52,539 nt of DNA from a virus (IMGVR_UViG_3300010048_000015:1-52539); one strand, 5' to 3'. Counted from the stretch's first letter, positions 6,412 to 16,689 are shown. The notes: generated by a model from the letters alone, not told the origin. Numbers and translations are program-made.

Positions 6412-7886
6412 TGGACAGGCTGACCGAGGCCTTCTGGGCAAAGGTCGGCTATACTCCGCACCGCTCACAGAGGCTGTATCACGAGAGCCCTGCTCGATTT
6501 CGAGTTCCTTGCTGCGGGCGCAGGTTTGGTAAGAGCACGATGGCTGCGAGGGACGTTACCCCCAAGCACATTATGCGGCCGAACCAGATGATTTGGATAG
6601 TGGGGCCCACTTATGACTTGGCGGAGAAGGAGTTCCGTGTAATCTGGAACGACCTGATTGTAGGCCAACGGCTGGGACGTGATAAGCGAGTCAAGAAGTC
6701 CTACGCCAAGCGTTCGGGCGATATGTACATTCAGCTGCCGTGGGGAACGCGGGTTGAGTGTCGGAGCGCTGAGCACCCGGAGTATCTGGTTGGGGAGGCG
6801 CTAGACCATGTCATCATGTCAGAAGCGGCGAAGCATAAGCGAGAGACTTGGGAGCGGTACGTCCGACCGGCACTTGCGGACCGACGAGGAGGCGCTGACT
6901 TTCCTACTACTCCCGAGGGCTTCAACTGGCTTCATGACCTCTGGCAGCTGGGTCACCGCGATAAGTACCGTGGAATTTTTGAGTCCTGGAGGTTTCCGTC
7001 CTGGGAGAACGGATTCGTGTACCCTGGAGGTCGACAGGATGAGGAGATTCTGCTCCTGGAGGATACTACGGAGCCTGAGTGGTTCATGCAGGAGATTGGT
7101 GCGGACTTCGCAAGTTTCGTAGGCAAGATATTCCCGGACTGGGACGAGAGTCGCGGTGTCATGACCTCGGAGTACAAGTTCATTCCTGGCTGGCCTAACT
7201 ACCTTGCTCTCGACTGGGGATACACGAACCCGCTTGCTGCTATGGAGTTCCAGATTAGTCCACAGGACGAGATTTATGTTTGGCGTGAGTACTATCGCAA
7301 GTACAAGACGCTCCCAGCGGTCGCCGACGAGCTGAGGAGCAGGCCGCAGCCTCCGGGCTACCACCTTGACCTTATGGTCGGTGACCCCGCAGACCCGGAG
7401 GCTGCGGCTACCATGTCGAGGCTGATGGGTGTAGGTTGCTGGGCTCCCAAGGAGTTGAAGTCGGATTATACTTGGCGTGACGGTATCGACTTGATGTCTG
7501 GCTTTATGCACCCCGTTGAGATTGACAAGGATAAGTGGGGCGCACCGATTGAGGCTCCACGCTACCACGTCGCGTACGAGTGCGTGAATCACATTCGTGA
7601 GCTCAACAACTACCGATCTAAAGAGCCAGTTCAAGGTCAGAATGTGCCGGAGCTAGGCAACAAGGTCGAAGACCATACTATCGACGCGATGCGCTATGCG
7701 CTCCTAGCCACGTTCAAAATGGGCGCGAGAGGCAATCACCTCGTGTCCGAAATGGTCGACGCTGCGCCTGTGGAATCAACTCCACGGGAGGTCGCGGCGA
7801 AGCGGACACTGCAGAACGATTTTGCGGATATGCTGGCGGGTACGTCGGGAAGTCAGGGCTTCTTCCAGATGGGTGGGGAATTTTGA
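6411..7886 (+). CDS. terL: terminase large subunit
   Basis: CGRRFGKS Walker A, HVIMSEAA Walker B, LALDWGYTNP and DHTIDAMRY nuclease motifs. Confidence 0.95.
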   Translation: MDRLTEAFWAKVGYTPHRSQRLYHESPARFRVPCCGRRFGKSTMAARDVTPKHIMRPNQMIWIVGPTYDLAEKEFRVIWNDLIVGQRLGRDKRVKKSYAKRSGDMYIQLPWGTRVECRSAEHPEYLVGEALDHVIMSEAAKHKRETWERYVRPALADRRGGADFPTTPEGFNWLHDLWQLGHRDKYRGIFESWRFPSWENGFVYPGGRQDEEILLLEDTTEPEWFMQEIGADFASFVGKIFPDWDESRGVMTSEYKFIPGWPNYLALDWGYTNPLAAMEFQISPQDEIYVWREYYRKYKTLPAVADELRSRPQPPGYHLDLMVGDPADPEAAATMSRLMGVGCWAPKELKSDYTWRDGIDLMSGFMHPVEIDKDKWGAPIEAPRYHVAYECVNHIRELNNYRSKEPVQGQNVPELGNKVEDHTIDAMRYALLATFKMGARGNHLVSEMVDAAPVESTPREVAAKRTLQNDFADMLAGTSGSQGFFQMGGEF

Positions 7887-9754
7887 ACCTCGAAGATTTG
7901 CCTAGAGTCAATCTCGACGACCTGCTCGCTTCAGGGTACGCGCCCGTTGTAGTGTCGCGAGAGGACGGACAGGAGTTTGTCGTTGTAGTGCCTGAAGGTA
8001 CAGACTTGCCTGTCGAATCCACTCCTAGTCGTAGAATGACTCCGGATGAGCACTCGCAGATGCTTGCTGATAGGCCTCTGAGGCAGCGAGTCGAGGGAGG
8101 CGCGTCGGTTGGGCGACCTGCTAACGTACCGCAAGACATTCCGGTAGACCCGCCGCCGAAGGAGCGACTAGGTATTGGGCGTATGACTAGGCAGATTAGG
8201 GTTCATACGCCCGTAGATATGGCTGTCGGCGAGGGCATTGGTCCTATGGAGCCTGTTCCTGCTTTGAACTCGGAGCTGGGTAGCGCTGCGCCTAGTCCGT
8301 TTACGTCATGGATGCGTCAGGAGTACAACCGCGACTTGATTGGCCTGAAAGGCTTGCGGATGTACGATAGGATGCGCAAGTCCGACGGTACTGTACGTGG
8401 TACTATGCGTCTTGCTAAGACTCCTGTGCTTGCTGGTCAGTGGTCGATGAAGCCTGCGTCGTCATCGTCTAAGGACCAGATGATCGCAGACTTCGTTTGG
8501 TCCAACTTGACGCAGTGGATGTCGTCCTCGTGGCCTCAGACGATGACCGAGTCGTTGTTGATGCTAGACTTCGGCTACTACATGTTCGAAGAGGTATTTG
8601 AGCGTGGCGAGACGGTTACGAACGACCCGAGGGCTCGTGGGAAGATTGTCTGGAAGAAGTGGGCGCCTCGGCATCCGATGGACGTTCGGGAGTGGTTCTT
8701 CGACCTCAATGGCGGACCTCTTAGTGTCGACATTTGGACTTCGCCTATCTTCGTTCCGACGCTAGAGGGTGGAACGACGATAGGCCAGTATCTCCAGTAC
8801 ATTAACATTCCGATTGATAAGCTCGTCGTCTTCTCGTTCGACAAGGAAGCCGGCAACATTGAGGGGATTAGTCTTCTACGTAGTGCCTACAAGCACTGGT
8901 ACTACAAGGACAACCTCTACAAGATTGATGCGATTCAGAAGGAACGTCACGGTATAGGCGTACCGGTTATACAGTTGCCGCAGGGATACAGTGCAGGCGA
9001 CTTGGCGCTAGCAGATCAGCTTGGTCGGAACCTACGAACGAATGATAGGGCTCACGTAGTTCTGCCTCCGCTATGGGTTCTATCCTTTGCCGAATTGTCT
9101 ACGCAGCCTGTTGATTGCATAAGGTCGATTGAGCACCATGACGTGCAGATAGAGAAGCAGATTCTAGGGCAGTTTCTGCAGCCTAACATGAAGACGGCTG
9201 AAGCCGATCAGACTCTGTTTCTCAAGGCAACGCGCTTCACTGCGGACATTGTCACAGACGTCATTAACTCGTATGCGATTCCGCAGCTTGTAGACATGAA
9301 TTGGGCTAGCGCTCAGTATCCGCAGCTGACTGTTAAGCGAATTGGTGAGCAGGAAGACTGGCGTACAGCCTCGTTCACGATTCGTAACTACGTTGGAGCA
9401 GGTGTCATTGTTCCTGATGATCCGCTCGAGGCTCACCTTCGCGACGAACTGGGTCTACCTCCTGCAGACCCAGCGACATCACGGCTAGTGCGTTCGACAA
9501 CCAACAGGAACATCGCTCAGCCTCCTCCGGCCGAACTGCCTGGCTCGGCTGCAGATATTCACGCGGCTATACTCTCCGGGCAGCTTACGCCGGAGCAGCT
9601 CCAGCAGCTACTCAACCAGCAACAGCCGTCCGGGCCTACGGAGCAAGGCGTTGGTGCGGTTGCTGGACAAACGCGGCAGTCACAGCCAGGACTGGTATCA
9701 CCTTCAACAGGACGAGGCGACAGATCAGGGAACTCAGGTAGGCGAGGCCAATGA
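7883..9754 (+). CDS. portal protein (DUF935/Mu gp29-like)
   Basis: Follows terL; GISLLRSAYKHWYYK, ERHGIGVPV, IPQLVDMNW motifs. Confidence 0.9.
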   Translation: MNLEDLPRVNLDDLLASGYAPVVVSREDGQEFVVVVPEGTDLPVESTPSRRMTPDEHSQMLADRPLRQRVEGGASVGRPANVPQDIPVDPPPKERLGIGRMTRQIRVHTPVDMAVGEGIGPMEPVPALNSELGSAAPSPFTSWMRQEYNRDLIGLKGLRMYDRMRKSDGTVRGTMRLAKTPVLAGQWSMKPASSSSKDQMIADFVWSNLTQWMSSSWPQTMTESLLMLDFGYYMFEEVFERGETVTNDPRARGKIVWKKWAPRHPMDVREWFFDLNGGPLSVDIWTSPIFVPTLEGGTTIGQYLQYINIPIDKLVVFSFDKEAGNIEGISLLRSAYKHWYYKDNLYKIDAIQKERHGIGVPVIQLPQGYSAGDLALADQLGRNLRTNDRAHVVLPPLWVLSFAELSTQPVDCIRSIEHHDVQIEKQILGQFLQPNMKTAEADQTLFLKATRFTADIVTDVINSYAIPQLVDMNWASAQYPQLTVKRIGEQEDWRTASFTIRNYVGAGVIVPDDPLEAHLRDELGLPPADPATSRLVRSTTNRNIAQPPPAELPGSAADIHAAILSGQLTPEQLQQLLNQQQPSGPTEQGVGAVAGQTRQSQPGLVSPSTGRGDRSGNSGRRGQ

Positions 9755-10065
9755 CACAGTACAGGTATGAGCATCCCGAAGGCAAGGGCCTTGGTGAGCA
9801 CCACGCGGGTAGGGGCGATCTTGCGCTCAGCAGACGTTCTGCGGCGTGGCAAGGTGTAGTCGGGCAAGGTAATGTAGAGGCAGCCGAAGGAGAGACGTCG
9901 ATGCGGGATCTCGATATGTCCTCAGGCACGCTGGTCGAGCTTCTAGAGTACGACGGTGAGCGTAATCTGTATCGTGTGGGCTGGATAGATGGCCTAGATA
10001 CGGAACGCATTACCTCCATCGAGCCCGACTTCTTCCTCGAGCACTTCTCGGAGGTGTCTGAGTGA
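9751..10065 (+). CDS. hypothetical protein
   Basis: ATGA/GTGA coupling on both sides. Confidence 0.7.
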   Translation: MTQYRYEHPEGKGLGEHHAGRGDLALSRRSAAWQGVVGQGNVEAAEGETSMRDLDMSSGTLVELLEYDGERNLYRVGWIDGLDTERITSIEPDFFLEHFSEVSE

Positions 10066-10511
10066 GTACGATCTCCGCTGGTCAGCTCATGACTACTGCT
10101 GAGCAGGAGGCGCTGGCGCAGGTTTTCAGGAAGACGCAAGGGCCTGTGACTTCCAGCTACTACTTGGCGCTTCTTACCAACGCAACGTCTGGTTCGGTCG
10201 ACAATACCTGGACCACGATGGCCTCTGCTACTGAGTACGGTGCTACGGGTTATGCTCGTCAGGTCTTCGGTCCCAACACGCCTTCGGTGGCTAGTCCCTC
10301 GGTCATTTCGAACACGTCTGCGATCACGTTCGGGCCTACAACCTCCTCGCCAGGCACGACGATCAATTGGGGCATGGGTACAGATGCGACAGGTGCAGGG
10401 TCTGGTACAACTGCGAAGCTGATGTGCGCCTTCCTCGTTACTACTCCGCGTACGCCGATCTCTGGCGACTCGATTCAGGCAGCAGCGTCAGCGTTCACTG
10501 CTCAGGTCTGA
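10062..10511 (+). CDS. virion structural protein (fibre-associated)
   Basis: YLALLT...GYARQ...SNTSAITF motif; Thr/Ser-rich. Confidence 0.7.
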   Translation: MSTISAGQLMTTAEQEALAQVFRKTQGPVTSSYYLALLTNATSGSVDNTWTTMASATEYGATGYARQVFGPNTPSVASPSVISNTSAITFGPTTSSPGTTINWGMGTDATGAGSGTTAKLMCAFLVTTPRTPISGDSIQAAASAFTAQV

Positions 10512-10810
10512 TGGTTGTCGTCCAGCTCGAGTTTGGCTCGGGTCCTTCGACTAACGAGTCGCGTATGTATCCCTGCGAGGCGAAGGGAATAGGATCTCAC
10601 GCTGCAATGTGCGGTGCGACACCTGCTTCTCTCTGGGAGCGTTGCTGCCTGAATGGACACTCGCGTAACGTCTGGCTTTGTCCGAGTCATGCTTGGATTA
10701 TTGCTCGTGGTCGTGGTGCGTGTGCTGAATGCGTCGAGCGCGGTACATCTAGCGTAGCGATGCTGCGTCCGAAGGACCTGATTCTGCTGAATCACGTAGG
10801 TGAGCTGTAG
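10511..10810 (+). CDS. Cys-rich hypothetical protein
   Basis: TGATG overlap; several Cys/His clusters. Confidence 0.55.
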   Translation: MVVVQLEFGSGPSTNESRMYPCEAKGIGSHAAMCGATPASLWERCCLNGHSRNVWLCPSHAWIIARGRGACAECVERGTSSVAMLRPKDLILLNHVGEL

Positions 10811-10843
10811 GCTTCCAGTCCGACTGTAGGGAGGTAGGGTGAC

Positions 10844-13687
10844 ATGCCTCTAGAGGTATTTGGGTTCAATCCTTCGACGACTGTCGCTATAGCCAAGACA
10901 GCCGTTGCTGCCGGTACGACTGAAACTTGGGTCGTCGGTTCCAATACCGGCTGGCCTACTGCAGACCCAACTGCTCTTCCCAATACGCAATTTCACATAG
11001 CCGATCCGCAGGCGACATCAGAGTCTGTTCTTGTGACGGATAACCGGACGACATCATGGAGCGTGACACGCGGAGTTGAGAGTACTACTCCTGTAGCTCA
11101 CAGCGCTGGCTTTACCATCCAGCAGGTGGTGGGGCCTACATTCCTGAGCGGCTCGGACGTACGAGGTGGTGTGTACAATGCGAAGTATCACTTTGGATGT
11201 AAGGGTGACGGTAAGCAGGTAACTGACGGAGCCATGACTAACGGCTCGGCTACGTTCACTTCTGCTACAGCGGCGTTTACAGCAGCAGACGTCGGCAAGC
11301 ATATACTTGTGGCACAGGCCACGTCGACATCCATGAGGCTCGCGGGGCGTATTGCCTCTGTGACTAATGCGACAACAGCAGTCCTTAGCGTCAGTGCCGC
11401 TCTTTCTGGTTCAGGCATGACTATGGTACTGGATGGTGTTCGTACTGTCACTGATGCTGTCACCACATCAGGTTCGGCGACTGTCACTTCGGCGACGATA
11501 GCGTTCACGGCAAATGATGTTGGCAAGGCAGTGTACGTTGAAAATGCAAACACAGTTGGTCTCAACACAACAATTAGCGGATACACTAACGCTACTACAG
11601 TGACACTAGCGGCTTCCGCGACTCGCACGTGCTCCGGATCGCTTACGACGTATGGAACTGACGACACGACCGCTATCATTAATGCATTCACATGGGCCGC
11701 TACTCCATCAGCGACGTCACTATACTTCCCGGCTAGTATGTATCTGGCCAAGCCTTCTCATCTCGGCGTTAACGCTATGAACATTCCGGCTAACGTTCGG
11801 ATATTTGGAGACGGCTGGGACACTATCATCCGATCCCTCGGTGCAGAGGACCCTGCGAATAGAAGCTGGGAGCTATGGGGCATTAACACTGGTAGCGGAG
11901 GTTCATCCGATCCGTCTACCAACGTGTCTAGTGTCATTATCGAGAACATGCAGTTTCAGGGGACGCAGGTTGAAGAAGGCTTTCTGGAGAACGGTAGCAA
12001 CCTGCTATCTCTTAATGCGGCTTCCGGTGTAACAGTGCGTTCTTGCAAGTTTTACAACTCCAGATCTGACGGCGTCTATCTCGGGTCTGGTACTGCGGGC
12101 GGAATCGAGCGGCACAATGAGAATATACGCATAGAGGACTGTCGCTTTGACGGAGTAGCGAATCAGTGTCGTAATGCTATCTCCATCATCGATGGAACCG
12201 ACGTCTCTATTGACAAGAACTTCTTTACAGGCTGGGCTAACGAGCTGATGCCTGGCGCTATCGATTCGGAACCGAATGACTATACGTTTATCCGGCTGCG
12301 TGGGATCAGGATCACTAACAATACATTTACCATGATCGGTGGCAATCAGGCCGTCGCCTCCATATACCTGAACACTCCGGCCGACTGGTACATTACCGCG
12401 CACAAGGGCTGGATATTCGAGAACAACTACATTTACAATTGTCTGTCTTCGACTATAGGCATCTTGCTATCCGACCCCAACTATCCGTCTGATGTTACGC
12501 CTCGTCTAGATGCAATTGTCTCCAATAATGTATTCAGAGGCAATCAAGCCGACTATACAGGACTCTCATACGTTGCAGACCTTGAGGGTATACGAGGGGT
12601 TAAGTTCTATAACAACTTCTTCGACATTACTCAGAATCCAATTCTACTCGGCTCCAACTATAAGTGTATGGACATCGAGATAGTAGGTAACACTTTCAAG
12701 GATGTATCTAGCCAGGCCGGGATCGCTATACAGATCATGCGCTGTGAGCGCCTGAAGATAGATGGCAACATCTTCGATCACATCTCGCCTGCGGGCTCTG
12801 GCGGTTACATCACTCGTTTCACTAATGCGTTCGCATCCCTCATTACGCCTTCCGGTGTTGTGGCTACGCCGTCGAACACCGGCGGTACCCTGACAGCCGC
12901 TCACGGAGCGTACGGTTATCGGGTAGCGGCCTACCTAGATGATGGGTCAACTACTGTAGCATCGACAGAAGTTACAGCTACTATCGCATCAGGCACAACA
13001 GGTAGCATTGCCCTTAGCTGGCCTCCCGTCTACGGTGCCAAGGGATACAACGTATATGGTCGTACGGTAGCGGGCGAGCTTCTCATGACTCCAGCGGGCA
13101 TCTCGCAGATCACTGCTCCAGGCAATGTCACCTTTACCGATACCGGATCCGTTACGCCATCTGGCGCTCTTCCTACCGCTAGTAGCTCCAACGGCCATTC
13201 TGCTAACGTTAGCTTCACCGGCAATATAATTAGGCAGGGCGCAACTAACAGCGTTGGCTTGATATCAGGCCTAGTAGCAGGACATGCGACACAGGCTAAT
13301 ACCCTAGCCTACTACAACAACATTCTGCCTAATAACCAGACGCTTCCCATCTCGCCATTTGTGTCGTCGCAGAATCAGTACACGATATCAGCTTCCGCAC
13401 AGAACGTAGATGCCTCTCTTGTTCCTGACGACGGTACGGTGTTCATGTCTACCTCTGGCACGTCGGCTGGGGCGCTGACCATTATCAATCCCACTATCGG
13501 TCAGGTCATCACGTTCATATTCAGGATAGTAGCAGCCAGTGGTCTTTATAACACTGCTGCCAATATGAAGTTTGCGGGAGGTGCATCGGCCGCCAAGTCT
13601 ACGACAGCCGGATACTCAGATATTTATACGTTCTGCTACGATGGAACAAACTGGAACGAGCTGAGTCGTGCTATCGGCGTCCGTTGA
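10844..13687 (+). CDS. tailspike/depolymerase-like beta-helix protein
   Basis: GCKGDG...TDDTTAI, LYFPA, beta-helix repeats (IRIEDCRF, ITNNTF); FnIII-like YRVAA...LSW...GYNVY segment. Confidence 0.85.
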   Translation: MPLEVFGFNPSTTVAIAKTAVAAGTTETWVVGSNTGWPTADPTALPNTQFHIADPQATSESVLVTDNRTTSWSVTRGVESTTPVAHSAGFTIQQVVGPTFLSGSDVRGGVYNAKYHFGCKGDGKQVTDGAMTNGSATFTSATAAFTAADVGKHILVAQATSTSMRLAGRIASVTNATTAVLSVSAALSGSGMTMVLDGVRTVTDAVTTSGSATVTSATIAFTANDVGKAVYVENANTVGLNTTISGYTNATTVTLAASATRTCSGSLTTYGTDDTTAIINAFTWAATPSATSLYFPASMYLAKPSHLGVNAMNIPANVRIFGDGWDTIIRSLGAEDPANRSWELWGINTGSGGSSDPSTNVSSVIIENMQFQGTQVEEGFLENGSNLLSLNAASGVTVRSCKFYNSRSDGVYLGSGTAGGIERHNENIRIEDCRFDGVANQCRNAISIIDGTDVSIDKNFFTGWANELMPGAIDSEPNDYTFIRLRGIRITNNTFTMIGGNQAVASIYLNTPADWYITAHKGWIFENNYIYNCLSSTIGILLSDPNYPSDVTPRLDAIVSNNVFRGNQADYTGLSYVADLEGIRGVKFYNNFFDITQNPILLGSNYKCMDIEIVGNTFKDVSSQAGIAIQIMRCERLKIDGNIFDHISPAGSGGYITRFTNAFASLITPSGVVATPSNTGGTLTAAHGAYGYRVAAYLDDGSTTVASTEVTATIASGTTGSIALSWPPVYGAKGYNVYGRTVAGELLMTPAGISQITAPGNVTFTDTGSVTPSGALPTASSSNGHSANVSFTGNIIRQGATNSVGLISGLVAGHATQANTLAYYNNILPNNQTLPISPFVSSQNQYTISASAQNVDASLVPDDGTVFMSTSGTSAGALTIINPTIGQVITFIFRIVAASGLYNTAANMKFAGGASAAKSTTAGYSDIYTFCYDGTNWNELSRAIGVR

Positions 13688-13700
13688 GGTGTGATGTGCT

Positions 13701-16280
13701 ATGGCCTGGACACTGCGCGGATACTTTGCCGCTAGCAGTGGCGCGAGCAACGCATCTACGTTTACGCCTCCAGTTACCGGCTGGACGACTGCTAATCCGC
13801 AGACTGGTGATGTCCTGGTCATTATTCAGGTTATTGATGTGTCAGTAGCGACAGTTGCGCAATCTGGCGGTACATTCACGTTTACTGTTCCTAACACCGC
13901 AGGCGATCAGAACTCAGGAGGAGCATTCTGCACTTGGGCTGCCTATCACGTTATGGCCTCTGGTGATACTTGCCCGACTTTGACGTTTAATGGCACTAGG
14001 TCAAGCTACCTGATATTTGCTCTGACTCCTGATTCCGGCTCTACTGCTAGTTTTGATACGCAGGCCACCCTGAAGGTAGTCACGACAGCTGCTACCTCGT
14101 TTACCCCTAACTCAGCAGCAGGAGCAGCTGCTGGAGAGGTAAGTGTTATCCTCAACGCGGTGAAGGCGTCGGCTTCTGGAGCTACTACTGGAGTCACACA
14201 GACACCTTCGTCTGGATGGACCGCAATATCTGTTAGCGGGTATGTCGGAGGTACAGGCACCAAGAACGCTAATGGCGTAACGGCTTCCTGGCAGGCCTCT
14301 ACTTCGTCTGCAACGGTTACGCCTGGCGCGGAGACGGTAGCTGCTGGCAGCACTACCGTCTGGAACAACATTTACCATTTCCTGTTTACAGAAACTACAG
14401 GAGGTGGTGGAACAACATGGGCTCTGGCAGGATCTGCTACCGCTACGTCGGGTGCTTCTGGGACATTTGGAATGCAGGGAGCTGTCTCTGGAACAGCTTC
14501 TAATAGCTCGTCCGCTTTTGGCGTCGTAACGTTGCTGCTAGTTCTAGCAGGTTCGGCTACTGTAACTTCGAGTGCTTCCGGCTCCATCAGTATTCCTGTT
14601 CAAGGTGTCTCTACCGTATTTAGTGGTGTTCCTGGAGCGTCTGTTCCGGGCGCTATGGTGCCGGGCAAGGCCGCAATTGTTCAGCCAGCAGGAGCTATAG
14701 CAGGAACATCGGTTACTGCTAGCTCAGCTTCGGGTACGATTACTCTTCTTGCAGTATTCAGCGGTACAGCTGTTTCCTCTTCTTCAGCTTCCGGTGCGAT
14801 TACTCTTCTTGCGGTCTTTAGAGGTACTGCCTCCAATACTAGTTCTGCCTCAGCACTGATAACGCTGCTCGTTGTAGCTTTCGGGACTGCTTCTAATACA
14901 AGCTCGGCTTCTGGCTCGTTTGTCGAGATCCTTGCTCTTGCTGGTACTGCTAGCAACGTCTCGTCAGCTACAGGTATCTTCGCGACCCCTATGGCGGGTA
15001 CTGCCTCGAACGTCAGCAGTGCTAGCGGTTCTCTGACTCTGCTTGTGGCTTTGGCAGGAACGTCTTCGAGCTCAAGTACGGCCACAGGGTCAATAACTCT
15101 TCTTGCAGTCTTCAGTGGTACAGCTTCGAACGTTAGCTCAGCGAGCGGTAGTCTGACTGAGCTCTTGACTTTGGCGGGTACGGCCTCCAATACCTCATCA
15201 GCTTCTGCTTCCGTAACGCTGCTTGCCAAGCTGAGTGGTTCCGCAGTTAGTACGAGCGCTGCTTCTGGTTCCATAGCTCTGACTATTCAGCTAGCAGGTA
15301 CAGCTTCCAACTCGAGTACTGCATCTGGGTCGATAACGCTACTCCTGACTTTGGCTGGTACGTCTTCTACTAGTAGCAGTGCCACGGGTACCTTCGGTGC
15401 GCAGGTGATTGCGGGTACTGCTTCGAATGTTAGCTCTGCAAGCGGTAGCTTGCAAGGGTTCACGCGTACTATAGCAGGTACAGCTGCGAATACGAGTATA
15501 GGGTCGGGTACCTTTGCTCTCGTAATGGCGTTGGCTGGTACTGCAGCAAGCAGTAGCTCTGCTTCGGGCGCGTTTATTGCTGTGAGCTTGGCGGGTACTG
15601 CTAGCAATGCGTCAGCTGCCTCGGGCTCTTTCGTTCTCATACGAGGCATAGTTGGTACTGCTTCGAATAGTAGCTCCGCCTCGGGCTCGATAGTCATTAT
15701 AGGTGGAGTCGCTGATACTAGAACGCCGCTGCACCTAGGCGGTTCGGAGACTGAGACTAATACGCTAGGAGGTGCCTGCGCGCGAATTGATACCCTTGGT
15801 GGTACTGCTTCGAATGGTAATGCGCTTGCAGGTACTGCTATCAATAACAATAGTCTTGGCGGTAACGCGACGCACGCAGTCGTCTATGGCGGTACGGTTA
15901 TTAGAACGACCAACGACAGTAGATTGGATGAGTGGACAATGCAGGAAGTGGATATCGGACTAGCAGAGTTCAACGACGAGACGTTGGCTCTAGCCATAAC
16001 GTCGAGCGGGAGTCCTCTCAATCTTACGGGCCTGACGCTCGAGATGTATCTGAAGACGGCATCAGGTATTGCGGATACCGATCCGTCAACGCTCAAGCTA
16101 TCGACTGCTACGGGCGAGATCACTATCACCAATGCAGCAGGTGGACTTGCGACCGCTGCAGTAGCGAGCTCGCATCTGCAGCCAGGTGGTACAGTGTACA
16201 ACTGGTATAGGCTCGATACTGTCAACGCAGGGAAGCGAAACACTGCTATTTTTGGAAAGGTGGCGATTACGCCGTTGTAA
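13701..16280 (+). CDS. repetitive fibre-like virion protein with BppU-like C-terminus
   Basis: Many ~19-20 aa AGTASNxSSASGS repeats; C-terminal PLNLTG...GEITITNAAGG. Confidence 0.8.
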   Translation: MAWTLRGYFAASSGASNASTFTPPVTGWTTANPQTGDVLVIIQVIDVSVATVAQSGGTFTFTVPNTAGDQNSGGAFCTWAAYHVMASGDTCPTLTFNGTRSSYLIFALTPDSGSTASFDTQATLKVVTTAATSFTPNSAAGAAAGEVSVILNAVKASASGATTGVTQTPSSGWTAISVSGYVGGTGTKNANGVTASWQASTSSATVTPGAETVAAGSTTVWNNIYHFLFTETTGGGGTTWALAGSATATSGASGTFGMQGAVSGTASNSSSAFGVVTLLLVLAGSATVTSSASGSISIPVQGVSTVFSGVPGASVPGAMVPGKAAIVQPAGAIAGTSVTASSASGTITLLAVFSGTAVSSSSASGAITLLAVFRGTASNTSSASALITLLVVAFGTASNTSSASGSFVEILALAGTASNVSSATGIFATPMAGTASNVSSASGSLTLLVALAGTSSSSSTATGSITLLAVFSGTASNVSSASGSLTELLTLAGTASNTSSASASVTLLAKLSGSAVSTSAASGSIALTIQLAGTASNSSTASGSITLLLTLAGTSSTSSSATGTFGAQVIAGTASNVSSASGSLQGFTRTIAGTAANTSIGSGTFALVMALAGTAASSSSASGAFIAVSLAGTASNASAASGSFVLIRGIVGTASNSSSASGSIVIIGGVADTRTPLHLGGSETETNTLGGACARIDTLGGTASNGNALAGTAINNNSLGGNATHAVVYGGTVIRTTNDSRLDEWTMQEVDIGLAEFNDETLALAITSSGSPLNLTGLTLEMYLKTASGIADTDPSTLKLSTATGEITITNAAGGLATAAVASSHLQPGGTVYNWYRLDTVNAGKRNTAIFGKVAITPL

Positions 16281-16321
16281 TACAGCGGAAATATAGCCTC
16301 GGGTGGCCTTCTTAGGTTTCC

Positions 16322-16332
16322 TGATATAATAG
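16322..16332 (+). promoter_or_regulatory. extended -10 promoter for capsid operon
   Basis: TGATATAATAG; poor -35; TTGTAATACA at 16275..16284. Confidence 0.65.
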
Positions 16333-16353
16333 GAGATAGTGGAAGGGCAGCAA

Positions 16354-16689
16354 ATGTCAGTGTACAGCCCCAGCGGTTCAGGAAACGTTCATGTCGACCG
16401 CATTATGGGTTCGGGAGGTAAGCGCGTGGCAGGCAGGACTGGCGGAGGGAAGAAGTCAGGCGGCGCGCGCAAGGGGATGGGGTTCAAAGCAGCAGCGGCT
16501 TCAGCTGCCAAGTCTGCAGGTGTATCGCCTAAGCAGGGAGCAGCGATCGTTGCTGCCGCTAGCCAGAAGGCTTCGAAGTCGGCGCGTGCAAGTAATCCTA
16601 ACCTCGCGAAGGTCGCTCGAAAGGGTACGACCAAGACTGCGGGAGGCAAGTTCATCAAGAAGCCCTCTGGAAAGGGGGGAAGTAAGTGA
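16354..16689 (+). CDS. basic Lys/Ala/Gly-rich protein with capsid-like N-terminus (alternative start 16339)
   Basis: MSVYSPSGSGNVHVD vs capsid MAVYAPTGSGNVHID; GTGA coupling to protease. Confidence 0.8.
   Translation: MSVYSPSGSGNVHVDRIMGSGGKRVAGRTGGGKKSGGARKGMGFKAAAASAAKSAGVSPKQGAAIVAAASQKASKSARASNPNLAKVARKGTTKTAGGKFIKKPSGKGGSK

Noticed and set aside
14410-15900. Repeat array as CRISPR or DGR template
   Set aside because: Repeats are at protein level with diverged codons; no reverse transcriptase present.
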